A model generated the notes under the pieces. The model was not told where the DNA came from, made no database searches, and worked only from the letters and a program-made list of their open reading frames with translations. This document shows positions 1-9,681 of a stretch of DNA of 32,972 bases, piece by piece. The position numbers and the translations under genes are program-made. This DNA comes from Polyangiales bacterium (GTDB taxonomy: Bacteria; Myxococcota_A; Polyangia; Polyangiales; Polyangiaceae), in NCBI GenBank assembly GCA_038230375.1, contig JBBRNJ010000090.1, forward strand, positions 1-32,972. The letters are read 5' to 3'. Position 1 is the stretch's first letter. Each line of letters opens with the position of its first letter.

Positions 1-1797
1 CATCGACACGACGCGTGTGCCCTTGCCGAGCGTCTCTGCGGCCTTCACGGCGTGCTGGAGCTCGCTGCCCGCGGACATGAGGATGGTCTCGAGCGGACCC
101 TCTTCTTTCACGGCGATGTAGCCGCCCTTGAGCGCGCCCTCACGGCGGGTCTTCACCGGGATCTGATCGAGCAGCGGGATCGCCTGACGCGACAGCGCGA
201 GCAGCGTGGGCCCGTCCTCGCGCGAGAATGCCGCGGCGAACGCGCCAGCCGCCTCTTCCGGATCGCCCGGACGGATGACGTCCAGGTTGGGGATGATGCG
301 AAGACCCGGGATGGTCTCCACGGGCTGGTGCGTGGGGCCGTCCTCCCCGACGCCGATGCTGTCGTGCGTGAAGATGTAGACACACGGCAGGTGGCAGAGC
401 GCGGCCAGGCGGATCGCCGGGCGGCAGTAGTCCGCGAAGACCAGGAACGTGGCGCCGCTGGGGTGGAAGATGCCGTGCGCCGCGATGCCGTTCATCATGG
501 AGCACATGGCGTGCTCGCGGATGCCGAAGCGGATGTTGCGACCACCGCGGTGCTCCGCGTTGAAATCATCCGGCGTCTTGATGTCGCCGATGTAGTTCAA
601 TGTTGAACCATAGAGGTCCGCGCTGCCGCCGATCACGAGCGGGAGAGCCTTCGCGAGAGGCTGCAGGACATCCTGGCCGGCCTTGCGCGTGGCGATCTTG
701 GAGTCCTTCGCGAACTCCGGGATCAACGCGAGGAGCGCATTCGCGTCCTTCGGCTGCTTGCGATCGCCCTTGGGGAGCGTGTGCTGGTACGCAGGCGACT
801 GCGCGAGCAGCGCGTCGAGCTCGGGGTTCTTAGCCTGCCACGCGGCGAACGTCTTCTTCCAGGCGTCGTGCGCGACGTCGAGCGTTTTGCGATGCTCCGC
901 GAAGTACGCGGTCACCGCCGGGTCCACGTAGAACAACGTGTCGGGCAGGCCGAGCGCCTTGCGCGCAGCGGGCGCGAACTTCGCGCCGCCCTCGCCGTGA
1001 GCCTTCTGCGTGCCCGCGACCTCCGGGATGCCCTTGCCGATGAGCGTCTTCGCGATGATGAGCTGCGGCTTGCCGGTGTTCGTCTTCGCCTTCTCGTAGG
1101 CGGCGAGGAACGCGACCATGTTGTGACCGTCGACCTCTTGCACGTCGTACTCGAGCGCCTCGAAGCGCTTCTTCACGTCGTCGCTCTGGGTCTCCTTCGC
1201 CATGGCGTCGAGCGTCACCGCGTTCGAGTCGTAGATGAGGATGAAGTTGTCGAGCTTCTGGTGGCCCGCGAAATTCAGGGCTTCGAGCGCGACCCCTTCC
1301 TGCATGCAACCGTCGCCCGCGATGCAGACGATGTGGTGATCGAAGATGGTGTGCTCCTTCGTGTTGAAGCGAGCCTCCGCCATCTTCGACGCCACCGCCA
1401 TGCCGATGGAGTTGCCGATCCCCTGTCCGAGCGGGCCCGTGGTGGTCTCGATGCCGCTGGGCTCGTGCGTGAGCTCCGGATGTCCCGGCGTACGCGAGCC
1501 CATCTGACGGAAGCGCTTCACCTCTTCGAGCGGCGTCTCCGCGTAGCCGGAGATACAGAGCCACCCGTAGAGGAACATCGAGCCGTGACCCGCGGAGAGC
1601 ACGAAGCGATCGCGGTTCAACCACGACGGGTGGTCGGGGCAGTGCGAGAGCGCGTGCCCGAAGAGCACGGCGCCGATCTCGGCGCAGCCGAGCGGGAGTC
1701 CGAGGTGGCCGCTCTGGCTTGCGACGACGGCGTCGATCGCGAGACCACGGGCACAGGTTGCGGCTTTGGCGAGGAGGTCTTGGTTGAGGGCTGTCAT
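1..1797 (-). CDS. tkt: Transketolase (partial; 3' end runs off the left edge)
   Basis: Absent from the ORF track because it is truncated. Manual translation from ATG at 1797 gives [42 protein letters not shown]...[17 protein letters not shown]...TPGHPE...TTGPLGQG...GDGCMQEG (ThDP-binding motif)...GGSADL...FGIREHAM...[16 protein letters not shown]. Confidence 0.96.
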   Translation of the reverse strand, partial: MTALNQDLLAKAATCARGLAIDAVVASQSGHLGLPLGCAEIGAVLFGHALSHCPDHPSWLNRDRFVLSAGHGSMFLYGWLCISGYAETPLEEVKRFRQMGSRTPGHPELTHEPSGIETTTGPLGQGIGNSIGMAVASKMAEARFNTKEHTIFDHHIVCIAGDGCMQEGVALEALNFAGHQKLDNFILIYDSNAVTLDAMAKETQSDDVKKRFEALEYDVQEVDGHNMVAFLAAYEKAKTNTGKPQLIIAKTLIGKGIPEVAGTQKAHGEGGAKFAPAARKALGLPDTLFYVDPAVTAYFAEHRKTLDVAHDAWKKTFAAWQAKNPELDALLAQSPAYQHTLPKGDRKQPKDANALLALIPEFAKDSKIATRKAGQDVLQPLAKALPLVIGGSADLYGSTLNYIGDIKTPDDFNAEHRGGRNIRFGIREHAMCSMMNGIAAHGIFHPSGATFLVFADYCRPAIRLAALCHLPCVYIFTHDSIGVGEDGPTHQPVETIPGLRIIPNLDVIRPGDPEEAAGAFAAAFSREDGPTLLALSRQAIPLLDQIPVKTRREGALKGGYIAVKEEGPLETILMSAGSELQHAVKAAETLGKGTRVVSM

Positions 1798-1844
1798 GCG
1801 CGGCCAAACGTATCCCGCCAGCGCACGCGAGTGGAGCCTGAATT

Positions 1845-2279
1845 TTAGGGCTGGGATTGCTCGGTCGAGAGCACCACAAGGGCCGCCAGACCGAGCCCCA
1901 CGCCTATCCCGCGCCGAAGCGTGAAACCTTCACCGAACACGAACGGCGCGATGATGGCGGAGAGCGCCACACCGCCGCCAAGGACGATGGTCCCGGTGGA
2001 CGCGACAGGCCCGCCGCGCCGGAGTGCGTAAAAGATGAGGATGCTGGCCGCGCTGATGCAGATGCCGCTGGCCGCCGCGAACACGACGCCCTTCATCGTT
2101 GTGGGCTCGGGGCTTCTCGGCGCGACGAGGAAATACAGGAAAATCCCGATCGCCGCGGTGCCCTCGAGGACGAGCGCACCGAGCGTGTCGGAGAGGCGAT
2201 TCGCGGCCGCACGCACCAGCGTGTAGTGAAGCGCGATGCAGAGCGCGGCGATGCATGCCGCCCGCTGCCAGGGCTGCAT
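1845..2279 (-). CDS. EamA/DMT-family small membrane transporter
   Basis: 144 aa with about 5 hydrophobic helices, [10 protein letters not shown] and [23 protein letters not shown], typical of a single EamA repeat. Confidence 0.75.
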   Translation of the reverse strand: MQPWQRAACIAALCIALHYTLVRAAANRLSDTLGALVLEGTAAIGIFLYFLVAPRSPEPTTMKGVVFAAASGICISAASILIFYALRRGGPVASTGTIVLGGGVALSAIIAPFVFGEGFTLRRGIGVGLGLAALVVLSTEQSQP

Positions 2280-2840
2280 TCAGGGAATGCTCGAGATGAG
2301 GGCGTCGCCGAGCGACGGCTGATCGATGTTGCCGAACCAGATGCTCCAGACGGCCTTCATGAAGTCGACGCCGTCGATGCTGGCGGCGCCCTGGCCCTGC
2401 ACCCAGATCGTCGTCATCTTGTTCGCCGACGTGTACGCGATGGAGACGCCCTGGCCCTTCTGGATCTCCTTGGTGAACGCCCCCACGAAGCGACCGGTCT
2501 TGCCGGCGTCGCCGTAGCCGTTCTTCGCAAGGCCTTCCCTGAGGGCCTTCTGGATCTTCTCCGCGTCGACGTCGTGCATCATCTGCCACGAGAACTTCTT
2601 GTCCACGTCCGCGTCGATGACGGCGCGCTTGTTCCGGGGGGGAAGCGGGCCCTTCATGTCGTGGCGGATTGAGTAGACGTTCGCGCTCATGATGGCGATC
2701 GTCTTGGTGCGGATGCCGGAGCCCGTCTTGATGTAGCCGTCCTTGTCCGGCGCGGGGGCGTCCGCGCGCGCATGGGACGAAACGAACACGAGCGCGAAGA
2801 GCGCAAGCACCAGCGAGAACAACGGGAAGAAACGCTTCAT
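2280..2840 (-). CDS. Secreted chalcone-isomerase-like (CHI-fold) protein
   Basis: Signal peptide (..SHARA). GSGIRTKTI..NVYSI, VDAEKIQKALREGLAKN and IDGVDFMKAVWSIWFG..L..AL match the bacterial chalcone-isomerase-like pattern. Confidence 0.75.
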   Translation of the reverse strand: MKRFFPLFSLVLALFALVFVSSHARADAPAPDKDGYIKTGSGIRTKTIAIMSANVYSIRHDMKGPLPPRNKRAVIDADVDKKFSWQMMHDVDAEKIQKALREGLAKNGYGDAGKTGRFVGAFTKEIQKGQGVSIAYTSANKMTTIWVQGQGAASIDGVDFMKAVWSIWFGNIDQPSLGDALISSIP

Positions 2841-2900
2841 GGCCCCAACGTTACCACAAGGTCATGCCCACGCCAGGGCCGGACGCTGCCACAAGAGACG

Positions 2901-4097
2901 TCAGGGCACGGTCTTCTTCACCGCGTTGTTGTGCGCCTCGTACGTCTCCGAGAATGCGTGGCGTCCCTCACCACGGGCCACGAAATAGAGGTACTTCGTG
3001 CTTGCGGGCGCCATCACCGCCTCCAGCGACTTCGCGCCAGGATTGCAGATCGGGCTCGGCGGCAGCTTCTCCCTGGTGTATGTACTATACACGTTTGCGG
3101 GATCCATGTTGAGCTCGTGGGTGATCTTCCCGGTGAACCCCGCGCACGCCTTGATCTGGTCCTTCATGACCAGGCAGCCGTACGCGGAGGTGGGGTCCGA
3201 CTGCAGGACCTTGCGCTTGAAGCTGGGATCGCGCAGGCGGTTCAGGAACACGCTCGCGATGATGGGGCGCTCGTCATCCACGGCGGCCTCCTTCTCGATC
3301 ATGGAGGCGAGCGTGACGATGTCCTGGCGCTGCCACCCGAGCGACTCTTCGAGATCGACCTTGCCGAGCTGATGGAGCTGAGCGATCTGCTGGAAGCGCT
3401 TCTCGAACTCGGTGATGAGCCGGATCACGACGTCCCGCGGGTCGGAGTCCTGCGCGATCTCGTAGGTGGCAGGGAACAGGAAGCCGTCCGCGCTCTCCCC
3501 TTCGATCGCGAACTGCCGGAGCAGCTGTGGATCCGAGCTCGCGCGCAGGAATGATTTTTCGCTGCACACCTTCAGCGTGGCCAGCCTTCGGGCCATGTCG
3601 AAGCGCGTGTAGCCCTCCGGAAAGGTGACCTTCGCGTGTTGCGCCCCGCCGTGGCGCTCGAGCCTGGCTGTGAGCTCTGCGGGGGAGGCGTCGTCGGTGA
3701 GCAGGTGACTGCCGCTGATGACGCTGGGGTCCACGCGAGAGAGACGGAGGTAGAGCGCGTAGAGCCGCGGGCTCGCGACCACGCCGGCGCCCGCGAGCTG
3801 ATCTGCGAGGGCCGAAGCGCTGCCAGACGTGAGCTCCAGCTCGACGACCTTCCCGTCGCCAGGCCCGGCGACGTGCGGATAGACCAGGAGCATGCCGACG
3901 AGGACCGCCGCCACGATGGCGCCGAGTGGCAGGAGCACGCGGCTCCTGAGGCTCCACCCCGTGGGTGCGGGCTTCTTCACACGGATGCGCTTCCGCTTCC
4001 GCTTGCGGACGACACCGTCCGGTGCAGAGGAGCGCGCCTCTGGCAGCACGCCAGAGCCGTCCTCGCGCGCGCCGTCGTCCGGATCGCCGGAACTCAC
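2901..4097 (-). CDS. mltG: Endolytic transglycosylase MltG (YceG family)
   Basis: KVTFPEGY, GFLFPATY, LASMIEKEA (catalytic Glu), IASVFLNRL, LQSDPT, YSTY..LPPSPICNPG, YLYFVA and H.FS.TY..H motifs. Start placed at GTG 4097, overlapping the ruvX stop (GTGA). One N-terminal TM. Confidence 0.93.
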   Translation of the reverse strand: MSSGDPDDGAREDGSGVLPEARSSAPDGVVRKRKRKRIRVKKPAPTGWSLRSRVLLPLGAIVAAVLVGMLLVYPHVAGPGDGKVVELELTSGSASALADQLAGAGVVASPRLYALYLRLSRVDPSVISGSHLLTDDASPAELTARLERHGGAQHAKVTFPEGYTRFDMARRLATLKVCSEKSFLRASSDPQLLRQFAIEGESADGFLFPATYEIAQDSDPRDVVIRLITEFEKRFQQIAQLHQLGKVDLEESLGWQRQDIVTLASMIEKEAAVDDERPIIASVFLNRLRDPSFKRKVLQSDPTSAYGCLVMKDQIKACAGFTGKITHELNMDPANVYSTYTREKLPPSPICNPGAKSLEAVMAPASTKYLYFVARGEGRHAFSETYEAHNNAVKKTVP

Positions 4098-4537
4098 GCG
4101 TCGTCTCCGCGCGGGGCGTCCAGCCAGGCCTGCAGGATCGCGCAGGCTGAAGCCTCGTCGATGCGGGCCTTCGCCTTCTTGCCTTTGAGCTCGCTCGCGG
4201 TGAGCGCGCGTTGCGCCTGTTTCGTCGACCATCGTTCGTCCCAGAGCGTGACGTCACACCCTGTCTCGTCCGCTATCAGTTGCGCGAGATTGCGCGCACG
4301 TTTGGCAGAATCGCCCTCGCCGCCCTTCATATCGAGCGGCAGGCCGACCACGATGTGGCGGATCTTCTCCGAAACGACGAGCACGTTCAGCGCCTTGAGG
4401 AAGGCCGGAACGGGCTTCGCGTCCAGGTTCCCGCGAGGATGCGCCATGGCCCCGAGCTCGTCCGAGACGGCCACCCCCACGCGGACCGCCCCCAGGTCCA
4501 GCGCGCACGCGCGCGGGATGCGGCGTCTCCGTTTCAC
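4094..4537 (-). CDS. ruvX: Holliday junction resolvase-like / pre-16S rRNA nuclease RuvX (YqgF)
   Basis: ALDLGAVRVGVAVSD, IVVGLPLDMKG, WDERWST and ID..SACAILQAWLD motifs. ruvX-mltG adjacency is common. Confidence 0.95.
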   Translation of the reverse strand: MKRRRRIPRACALDLGAVRVGVAVSDELGAMAHPRGNLDAKPVPAFLKALNVLVVSEKIRHIVVGLPLDMKGGEGDSAKRARNLAQLIADETGCDVTLWDERWSTKQAQRALTASELKGKKAKARIDEASACAILQAWLDAPRGDDA

Positions 4538-4676
4538 TGAGGCGTGGTTCTAGCACGGCAAGAGAGCCCAAGCGGGCACCAAAGGCTCTTCTTGACCGAA
4601 AGCCCTGGCCAGACGATAACGGGCCGACCTTCCTTGGCCTTGGCCTTCCCTTGGCCTTCTTTGGCAGAGACCCAGC

Positions 4677-5972
4677 ATGAGCGCGATTCGAGGTGTGAAA
4701 GGCATGAACGACGTCTTGCCCGACGAGATGGCAAGATGGCATGCGCTCGAATCCGCATTCCGGAGAAAGATGCATCTTGCATCCTTCGGAGAGGTGCGGA
4801 CGCCACTGGTCGAGTCCACGTCGCTGTTCGTGCGCGCCATCGGCGAGGCCACGGACGTGGTCGAGAAGGAGATGTTCACGTTCACCCGCCACGACGAGCA
4901 GATGTCTCTGCGGCCAGAGGGCACGGCGGGTGCGGTGCGCGCGTACGTCGAGCACGGGATGCAGAACAAGGAGCCGCTCACCCGCTGGTACTACATCGGG
5001 CAGATGTTCCGCGCCGAGCGCCCGCAGCGAGGGCGCTACAGGCAGTTCTGGCAGGCGGGCGCGGAGATCATCGGCGACCCCGGCCCCGCGTGCGACGCGG
5101 AGATGATCGATACGCTCGTGTCGTTCCTCGAGGAGCTCCAGATCCCCGGCATCAAGGTCCACATCAACACGATCGGCGGCAAGGAGACGCGTCAGCGTTA
5201 CCGCGAGGCCGTCGTCGCCGCGCTCACGCCGAAGATCGATTCGCTCTCGGACGACAGCAAGCGCCGCCTCACGACGAACCCGCTCCGCATCCTGGACTCG
5301 AAGAACCCGGCCGATCAGGAGGCCGTGCTCTCCGCCCCCCCGATCACGGACGTGCTCGCGCCGGAGGACGCGGCCCACTTCGACGCGCTGAAGAAGCACC
5401 TCGAGGCGCTCGGCACGCCGTTCGTCGTGGATCCCAAGCTCGTTCGCGGCCTCGACTACTACACGCGCACGCTCTTCGAGATCAAAGGCGCGGAGGAGAA
5501 GCTCGGTGCGGGCTCCACGCTCGTCGGCGGCGGTCGTTACGACGGGATGCTGAAGGACCTTGGCGGGCCCGATGTACCCGCGATCGGCTTCGCCGCAGGC
5601 ATGGAGCGCCTCCTCATCGCGAGCGAACGCGACGTTCCCCAGACGCGCGCGCAGGTGTTCGTGCTTCCGCTTGGTGAGGCCGGTACGCGCAAGGGCCTCG
5701 TGCTCTCTCGCGCGCTCCGCAACGCCGGAATCGCGGCCGATCTCGACGGGCGCGGCACCTCGCTGAAGAGCCTCTTGCGACGCGCGAACGGCCAGAGCGC
5801 GCGCTTCGCGATCATCCTGGGCGACAGCGAGGTCGAGTCCGGTGACCTCCAGGTGAAGGATCTCGGCGGACACGAGCAGCACATCATGAAGGAGGCGGAC
5901 CTCGTCGCGTTCCTCGCCGCCAAGCTCGCCGCAGGCCCGCCCGTCCACGCCGAGAAGGGCGGCGCGGCGTGA
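4677..5972 (+). CDS. hisS: Histidine--tRNA ligase
   Basis: RGVKGMND, DVVEKEMFTF, LRPEGTAG, FRAERPQRGRYRQFWQ, LVRGLDYY, GGGRYD and GFAAGMERL motifs. Confidence 0.98.
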   Translation: MSAIRGVKGMNDVLPDEMARWHALESAFRRKMHLASFGEVRTPLVESTSLFVRAIGEATDVVEKEMFTFTRHDEQMSLRPEGTAGAVRAYVEHGMQNKEPLTRWYYIGQMFRAERPQRGRYRQFWQAGAEIIGDPGPACDAEMIDTLVSFLEELQIPGIKVHINTIGGKETRQRYREAVVAALTPKIDSLSDDSKRRLTTNPLRILDSKNPADQEAVLSAPPITDVLAPEDAAHFDALKKHLEALGTPFVVDPKLVRGLDYYTRTLFEIKGAEEKLGAGSTLVGGGRYDGMLKDLGGPDVPAIGFAAGMERLLIASERDVPQTRAQVFVLPLGEAGTRKGLVLSRALRNAGIAADLDGRGTSLKSLLRRANGQSARFAIILGDSEVESGDLQVKDLGGHEQHIMKEADLVAFLAAKLAAGPPVHAEKGGAA

Positions 5973-7795
5973 CGTCCTTCGCAAAGCTCCACGCCAAGCT
6001 CTGGGGGGTCTCGATCACCGCCGCCGTCGCGCTCATGCTCTCCGCCAGCATCGCCAACGCGCAGCCGCGTCCTCCTGCGGGTGGGGCAGGTCGGCCCGGC
6101 GGCGGTGGTGCTACCCAGTCTGGCCCGGTGCAGAACCGCACCGTGGGTCCGACCAGCGGCGGCGCCGGCGACGACGACGACCAGGGCGGCCCCGCGCCGA
6201 TGCGACCCGAGCCGCAGGCACAGCAGCCGCAAGATCCGCTCGCGATCCCGAAGGAGATCCAGGGGAAGATCGGCACCGACGATCCTGGCCACCTGCTCCA
6301 GCCCGTGGGCGACCGCGAGCGCGACTTCTACGGCGTCTACTACGCGGAGCGCCGCGGCGACTATCGCCTGCGCCTCGCCCCGCCATTCTATCTGGATCAC
6401 ACGCGCGGCGTGGGCACCCAGCTGAAGCTTCCCTCTGGCGAGATGGTGTCCGGCGAGGACCAGGAGTCCCTCTACGGCGGTCTCTACTACCGCCGCCGCT
6501 CCCCCAAGTTCGACGCGGATGCCCTCTTCCCGATCGCGTGGAAGCTCCGCGACGACAAGTCCAACATCTATGCGCTCGGCCCCATCATCCACCGCGACGC
6601 ACCAGACGCGCACGACAACTGGGTCGCCCCGCTCTTCTTCGAAGGCAAGCGCCCCGATGGCGGCTACTTCCACTCCCCCGCGCTCCTCACCACATCGCAC
6701 TGGAACGAGAAGGGCGCGTTCACCCTCGTCGGTCCGTACTTCCGCAACCGCACGGGGTCCGAGGTGGACATGGGCGTCGCGCCCTTCTACTTCCACGGCG
6801 ACAATCCGTCCGACGACGGCGCGCGCAAGACGTACACGCTGGTCCCGCCTCTCTTCTACTATCGACGTGATCGCGAAGCAGACGACAACCACCTCACGGT
6901 GATCGGCCCCGTGCTCTTCGAAGAGAACCCCAAGAAGGAGATCTTCGACGTGCTGCCGTTCTACTTCTCGAGCCGCGGCCGGCCCGAGTCCGGCGGTGTG
7001 CGCGAGACCTCACGTACGCTGTTTCCGTTCTTCTCGTACGCGCAGAGCGACGAGCGCACGCGCCTCATCCTGCCGGGCTACTACCGCAAGACCACGCCCA
7101 CCGCGGACACGATGATCACGCCGTTCTTCGCGCACGCCACGTCGCGCTCGGGCTCCACGGAGCTCACGACCGCGGGCCCGCTCGTGCCGATGTACTGGAA
7201 GTACACGGACAAGGATCTTGCGTATTCGAGCTTCGGTATCTTCCCGTTCTGGTGGAGCGGCGCCGGCCCCGCGGGCGATGCGTACTTCACGCCGCTGTTC
7301 GCGAAGTCGGAGACCTACGGCGTGTCGCGCACGTACTGGGCGTTCCCGAACATCGTGGTGCAGAAGGACGCGAAGGGCTGGGAGACGGACCTGCACCCGC
7401 TCGTGTACCTGGGTCGCACCACGGAGAGCTCGCACACCGTCATCGCGCCGATCTTCTGGGACTTCGACAACAAGAAGAGCCGCACCACCGTCGGCGTGCC
7501 GGCGTTCGTTCGCTACGCCGATCACACGGACGACTCCGTCGTGCAGGTCGCAGGCAACACGCTCTACATGGAGAAGCGCGTCGCCGGCGGCAAGGACTGG
7601 CAGTTCCACGTGCTTCCCGTGTTCTCGTACGGTGAGAACCCGTCCGGCTACTTCTGGAAGGTGCTCTTCGGTCTTGCCGGCTACACGCAGGAAGGCCCCA
7701 CGAGCACCGTGCACGCGCTGTGGATCCCGTTCCAGACCAGCGGTCCACCCGAGAAGAAATCCGCGAGCCGCGCGGACGGCGCGCCGCACCGCTGA
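5969..7795 (+). CDS. Exported hypothetical protein with many Pro-aromatic beta-hairpin-like repeats
   Basis: Signal peptide ending ANA, a Gly/Pro-rich linker, then more than 20 units of the form xxhhP[L/F/I][F/Y/W]. GTG start overlaps the hisS stop. Confidence 0.8.
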   Translation: MTSFAKLHAKLWGVSITAAVALMLSASIANAQPRPPAGGAGRPGGGGATQSGPVQNRTVGPTSGGAGDDDDQGGPAPMRPEPQAQQPQDPLAIPKEIQGKIGTDDPGHLLQPVGDRERDFYGVYYAERRGDYRLRLAPPFYLDHTRGVGTQLKLPSGEMVSGEDQESLYGGLYYRRRSPKFDADALFPIAWKLRDDKSNIYALGPIIHRDAPDAHDNWVAPLFFEGKRPDGGYFHSPALLTTSHWNEKGAFTLVGPYFRNRTGSEVDMGVAPFYFHGDNPSDDGARKTYTLVPPLFYYRRDREADDNHLTVIGPVLFEENPKKEIFDVLPFYFSSRGRPESGGVRETSRTLFPFFSYAQSDERTRLILPGYYRKTTPTADTMITPFFAHATSRSGSTELTTAGPLVPMYWKYTDKDLAYSSFGIFPFWWSGAGPAGDAYFTPLFAKSETYGVSRTYWAFPNIVVQKDAKGWETDLHPLVYLGRTTESSHTVIAPIFWDFDNKKSRTTVGVPAFVRYADHTDDSVVQVAGNTLYMEKRVAGGKDWQFHVLPVFSYGENPSGYFWKVLFGLAGYTQEGPTSTVHALWIPFQTSGPPEKKSASRADGAPHR

Positions 7796-7906
7796 CGCGC
7801 TCGACGGGGTGAGCACCCCGAACTCATCGCATCGAGCCGCTTCGGACATCGCCGGACATGCGGCGCCACGCCTGAATCCCCCGCGATCCACCTCGTCAGT
7901 CCTTGC

Positions 7907-8482
7907 ATGAGCAAAGTTATCTTCTCGGCGGGTGCGGCTCTTCTCTTCGTGTCGGGCATGGTGGTCGCGTGCGCGCCGCCAACGCTCGGCGATGTCGTAG
8001 CGAACGCGGCGAGCACGAAGTCGGGACCGCAGGCCACCGTCTCGACGTCCATCGACGGCTCGAAGACCTTGGGTTCGCTGTCCGACACCGACGCCACGCA
8101 GTACTGCAACGACCTCAACACCTACCTGGAGTCGCATCCCGACGAGGGCGCCAAGTCGAGCTGCCTCCTTCTCGGTTCGCTCGACGCATTCGGCATGAGC
8201 GCGGCGAAGGCCACTGCCACGTGCAAGGACGAATATGCCAAGTGCCTCGCGCAAGATCCCGGCGCGATCCAGATCATCTGCTCCGCCCGCACTCCGAAGT
8301 TCATGGACTGCACGGCGACAGTTGCAGAATACAGCCAATGTCAGCAGGACTCGACCAACGCTGCGCACGACATCTCGAGCGACTCCTGCAACCGATTCAT
8401 GAACGACGGCGGCGCCGCATCGTCGTCGGCGTTGAACCCGCAGTCGTGCCAGGACCTCAGCAAGAAGTGCCCCGGCCTCTGA
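7907..8482 (+). CDS. Cys-rich lipoprotein, hypothetical
   Basis: Lipobox VVAC plus 10 further Cys; follows the previous gene on the same strand. Confidence 0.75.
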   Translation: MSKVIFSAGAALLFVSGMVVACAPPTLGDVVANAASTKSGPQATVSTSIDGSKTLGSLSDTDATQYCNDLNTYLESHPDEGAKSSCLLLGSLDAFGMSAAKATATCKDEYAKCLAQDPGAIQIICSARTPKFMDCTATVAEYSQCQQDSTNAAHDISSDSCNRFMNDGGAASSSALNPQSCQDLSKKCPGL

Positions 8483-8499
8483 CGTTCGCGTGAGACGCC

Positions 8500-8551
8500 G
8501 TCACGCGCTGCGCGAGAGGACGGTCACGCGCTGCGCGAGAGGACGGTCACG
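8500..8551. repeat. 23-bp perfect tandem duplication spanning the cysteine desulfurase stop codon
   Basis: TCACGCGCTGCGCGAGAGGACGG occurs at 8501-8523 and 8524-8546, followed by a partial copy TCACG. Confidence 0.9.
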
Positions 8552-9651
8552 AGCGCGCGCTCGAACGCATCGACGTCCTCTGCGGTCGTCGTCTCACCCA
8601 TGCTGACGCGCAGTCCGCTGGTCGCGAGCGCGAGCCCGACCACCGCCGTCAGCACGGGAGACGGCTCGATGGTCCCTGCGCTGCATGCGCTGCCACTCGA
8701 CACCGACATGCCCTCGAGGTCGAGCGCGGACACGAGCTCCGCGCCGACCCACGTGGGCACGAGAAAACACGAGACGTGCGGCGCGCGCGGCGACTCACCA
8801 CCGACAATCCGGAGCCCGCGAGCCACGAGCTTGCGCTCGAGCGCATCCCGCAACACAGCGAGCGGCGCATAGCGTTCGTGCGCGGTCCTTGCGTGCTCCG
8901 CCGCCACGCCGAAGCCGGCCGCGAGCCCCGGATCCACCGTCCCGGGCCGCAGCCCACGCTCCTGCGCACCGCCCACGAGCACTGGGTGAAGCTTCTTCCC
9001 GGGTGTGGTGACGAGCGCGCCGATACCCTTCGGCCCGCGTAGCTTGTGCGCTGCGAGCGTGATTGTGTCGGCGCCGGCAAGCATGTCGCCCATGGGCAAT
9101 CTGCCGACGGCTTGCACCGCGTCGACGTGCACGGGAACTCCGCGCGCGGACGCAAGGCGCACCGCCTCCGCCACTGGCTGCACCACGCCATGCTCCTGGT
9201 TCACGGCCTGCAGCGCGAGGAGGCGTATGTCCTTCTCGGAGGCGAGCGCCGACGCGAGGTCCGCGAGGTCGAGCAGGCCCTCCGGTGTGACGCGAAGCCA
9301 CCGCACGTGCGCGCGCCCTTCGCTCGCCAGTGCCTCCGCGACGCGCGTGACGGATGGGTGCTCGAGCCTGCTCACGAGCAGCGTCCCCATTCCAGAAGCG
9401 ACGAACGCGGAGCGCAGCGCGATGTTGTTCGCCTCGGTGCCGCTGCCCGTGAAGAGGACGTCTCGGGGATCGCGCAGGACGAGCGCACCGACGAGCGCGC
9501 GGGCGTCCTCCACGACCTTCCGGGCGCGCCGTCCATCGCCGTGGATGGACGACGGGTTTCCCCACGCCTCCGTCATGGCGTGCGACATCGCGAGCACCAC
9601 CTCTGGCAGGGGCGGCGTCGTCGCGTTCCAGTCCAGGTAGACGCGCGTCAT
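8524..9651 (-). CDS. Class I cysteine desulfurase (IscS/NifS family)
   Basis: YLDWNATTP, GNPSS.H, FTGSGTEANN, HVDAVQ, AHKLRGPKG (PLP lysine) and SSGSACS (catalytic Cys). Confidence 0.93.
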   Translation of the reverse strand: MTRVYLDWNATTPPLPEVVLAMSHAMTEAWGNPSSIHGDGRRARKVVEDARALVGALVLRDPRDVLFTGSGTEANNIALRSAFVASGMGTLLVSRLEHPSVTRVAEALASEGRAHVRWLRVTPEGLLDLADLASALASEKDIRLLALQAVNQEHGVVQPVAEAVRLASARGVPVHVDAVQAVGRLPMGDMLAGADTITLAAHKLRGPKGIGALVTTPGKKLHPVLVGGAQERGLRPGTVDPGLAAGFGVAAEHARTAHERYAPLAVLRDALERKLVARGLRIVGGESPRAPHVSCFLVPTWVGAELVSALDLEGMSVSSGSACSAGTIEPSPVLTAVVGLALATSGLRVSMGETTTAEDVDAFERALVTVLSRSA

Positions 9652-9681
9652 CTCGTCGCTCCCTTGGATGCTAGGACGCGT

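Noticed and set aside
52..1879. Long ORFs 52..606 (+), 781..1848 (+) and 830..1879 (-)
   Set aside because: Antisense or off-frame shadows of tkt, which are common in high-GC DNA; no motifs.
7805..7822. Small hairpin CGGGGT-GAGC-ACCCCG after the repeat-protein gene
   Set aside because: Short stem with no U-tract; too weak to call a terminator in GC-rich DNA.
8524..9651. Cysteine desulfurase as a dedicated Fe-S supplier for the redox operon
   Set aside because: It is more than 10 kb away and separated by unrelated housekeeping operons; no sequence evidence of a link.
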